Shown one piece after another: positions 63,988-64,000 of a DNA stretch of 64,000 nucleotides. Made by a program: the position numbers and the translations under genes. The DNA comes from a virus (lineage: Duplodnaviria; Caudoviricetes): the IMG/VR virus record IMGVR_UViG_3300021255_000054; one strand, given 5' to 3'. Numbering within the stretch: the first letter of the stretch is position 1; every line of letters begins with the position of its first letter. A model generated the notes under the pieces. It was not told the DNA's origin, searched no databases, and saw nothing but the letters and a program-made list of their open reading frames with translations.

Positions 63988-64000
63988 TATGATAAAAAAG

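Overview
A segment of a large, AT-rich double-stranded DNA bacteriophage genome. All real genes are on the + strand, with Firmicutes-type sigmaA promoters (TTGACW-N16/17-TATAAT) and AGGAG ribosome-binding sites. The phage uses an alternative genetic code, TAG = Gln (code 15): in-frame TAGs sit at conserved Gln positions in DnaE, NrdD and SSB, and a 704-codon ORF contains 10 TAGs, so many fragments in the supplied ORF track are single genes. Layout: (1) 1-6.4 kb, a tRNA and ncRNA array with 14 ordinary tRNAs, a tRNA-Gln whose anticodon loop is interrupted by a complete nested tRNA-like element, and several other tRNA-like or structured RNAs; (2) 6.5-19.5 kb, RNA-repair and counter-defence genes (Pnk, phosphoesterase, DUF2828 Ro60/TROVE-like vWA protein, nucleotidyltransferase, RNA ligase, NADAR, SPFH, ATP-grasp, phosphatase); (3) 19.6-29.4 kb, TAG-rich probable late genes mixed with RNase H, dNMP kinase, DNA ligase, ClpP and PhoH; (4) 29.5-36 kb, a complete deamidating NAD salvage operon (PncA, PncB, NadD-NadE fusion), a deoxyribosyltransferase and an NCS2 permease; (5) 37.3-38.3 kb, a probable iteron origin; (6) 42.4-64 kb, type II topoisomerase genes split by a nuclease/methyltransferase cassette, an SPbeta-like replication module (SSB, AAA_24, helicase, primase, RecJ, DnaE) and NrdD/NrdG. 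Best novelty candidates: the tRNA-within-tRNA intron, a 7-nt TAG-initiated coding gap in the DnaE PHP motif, CAGCAA-stem tRNA-like RNAs near a Ro60-like gene, and a phage Preiss-Handler NAD reconstitution pathway. All calls come from manual reading; no searches were run.
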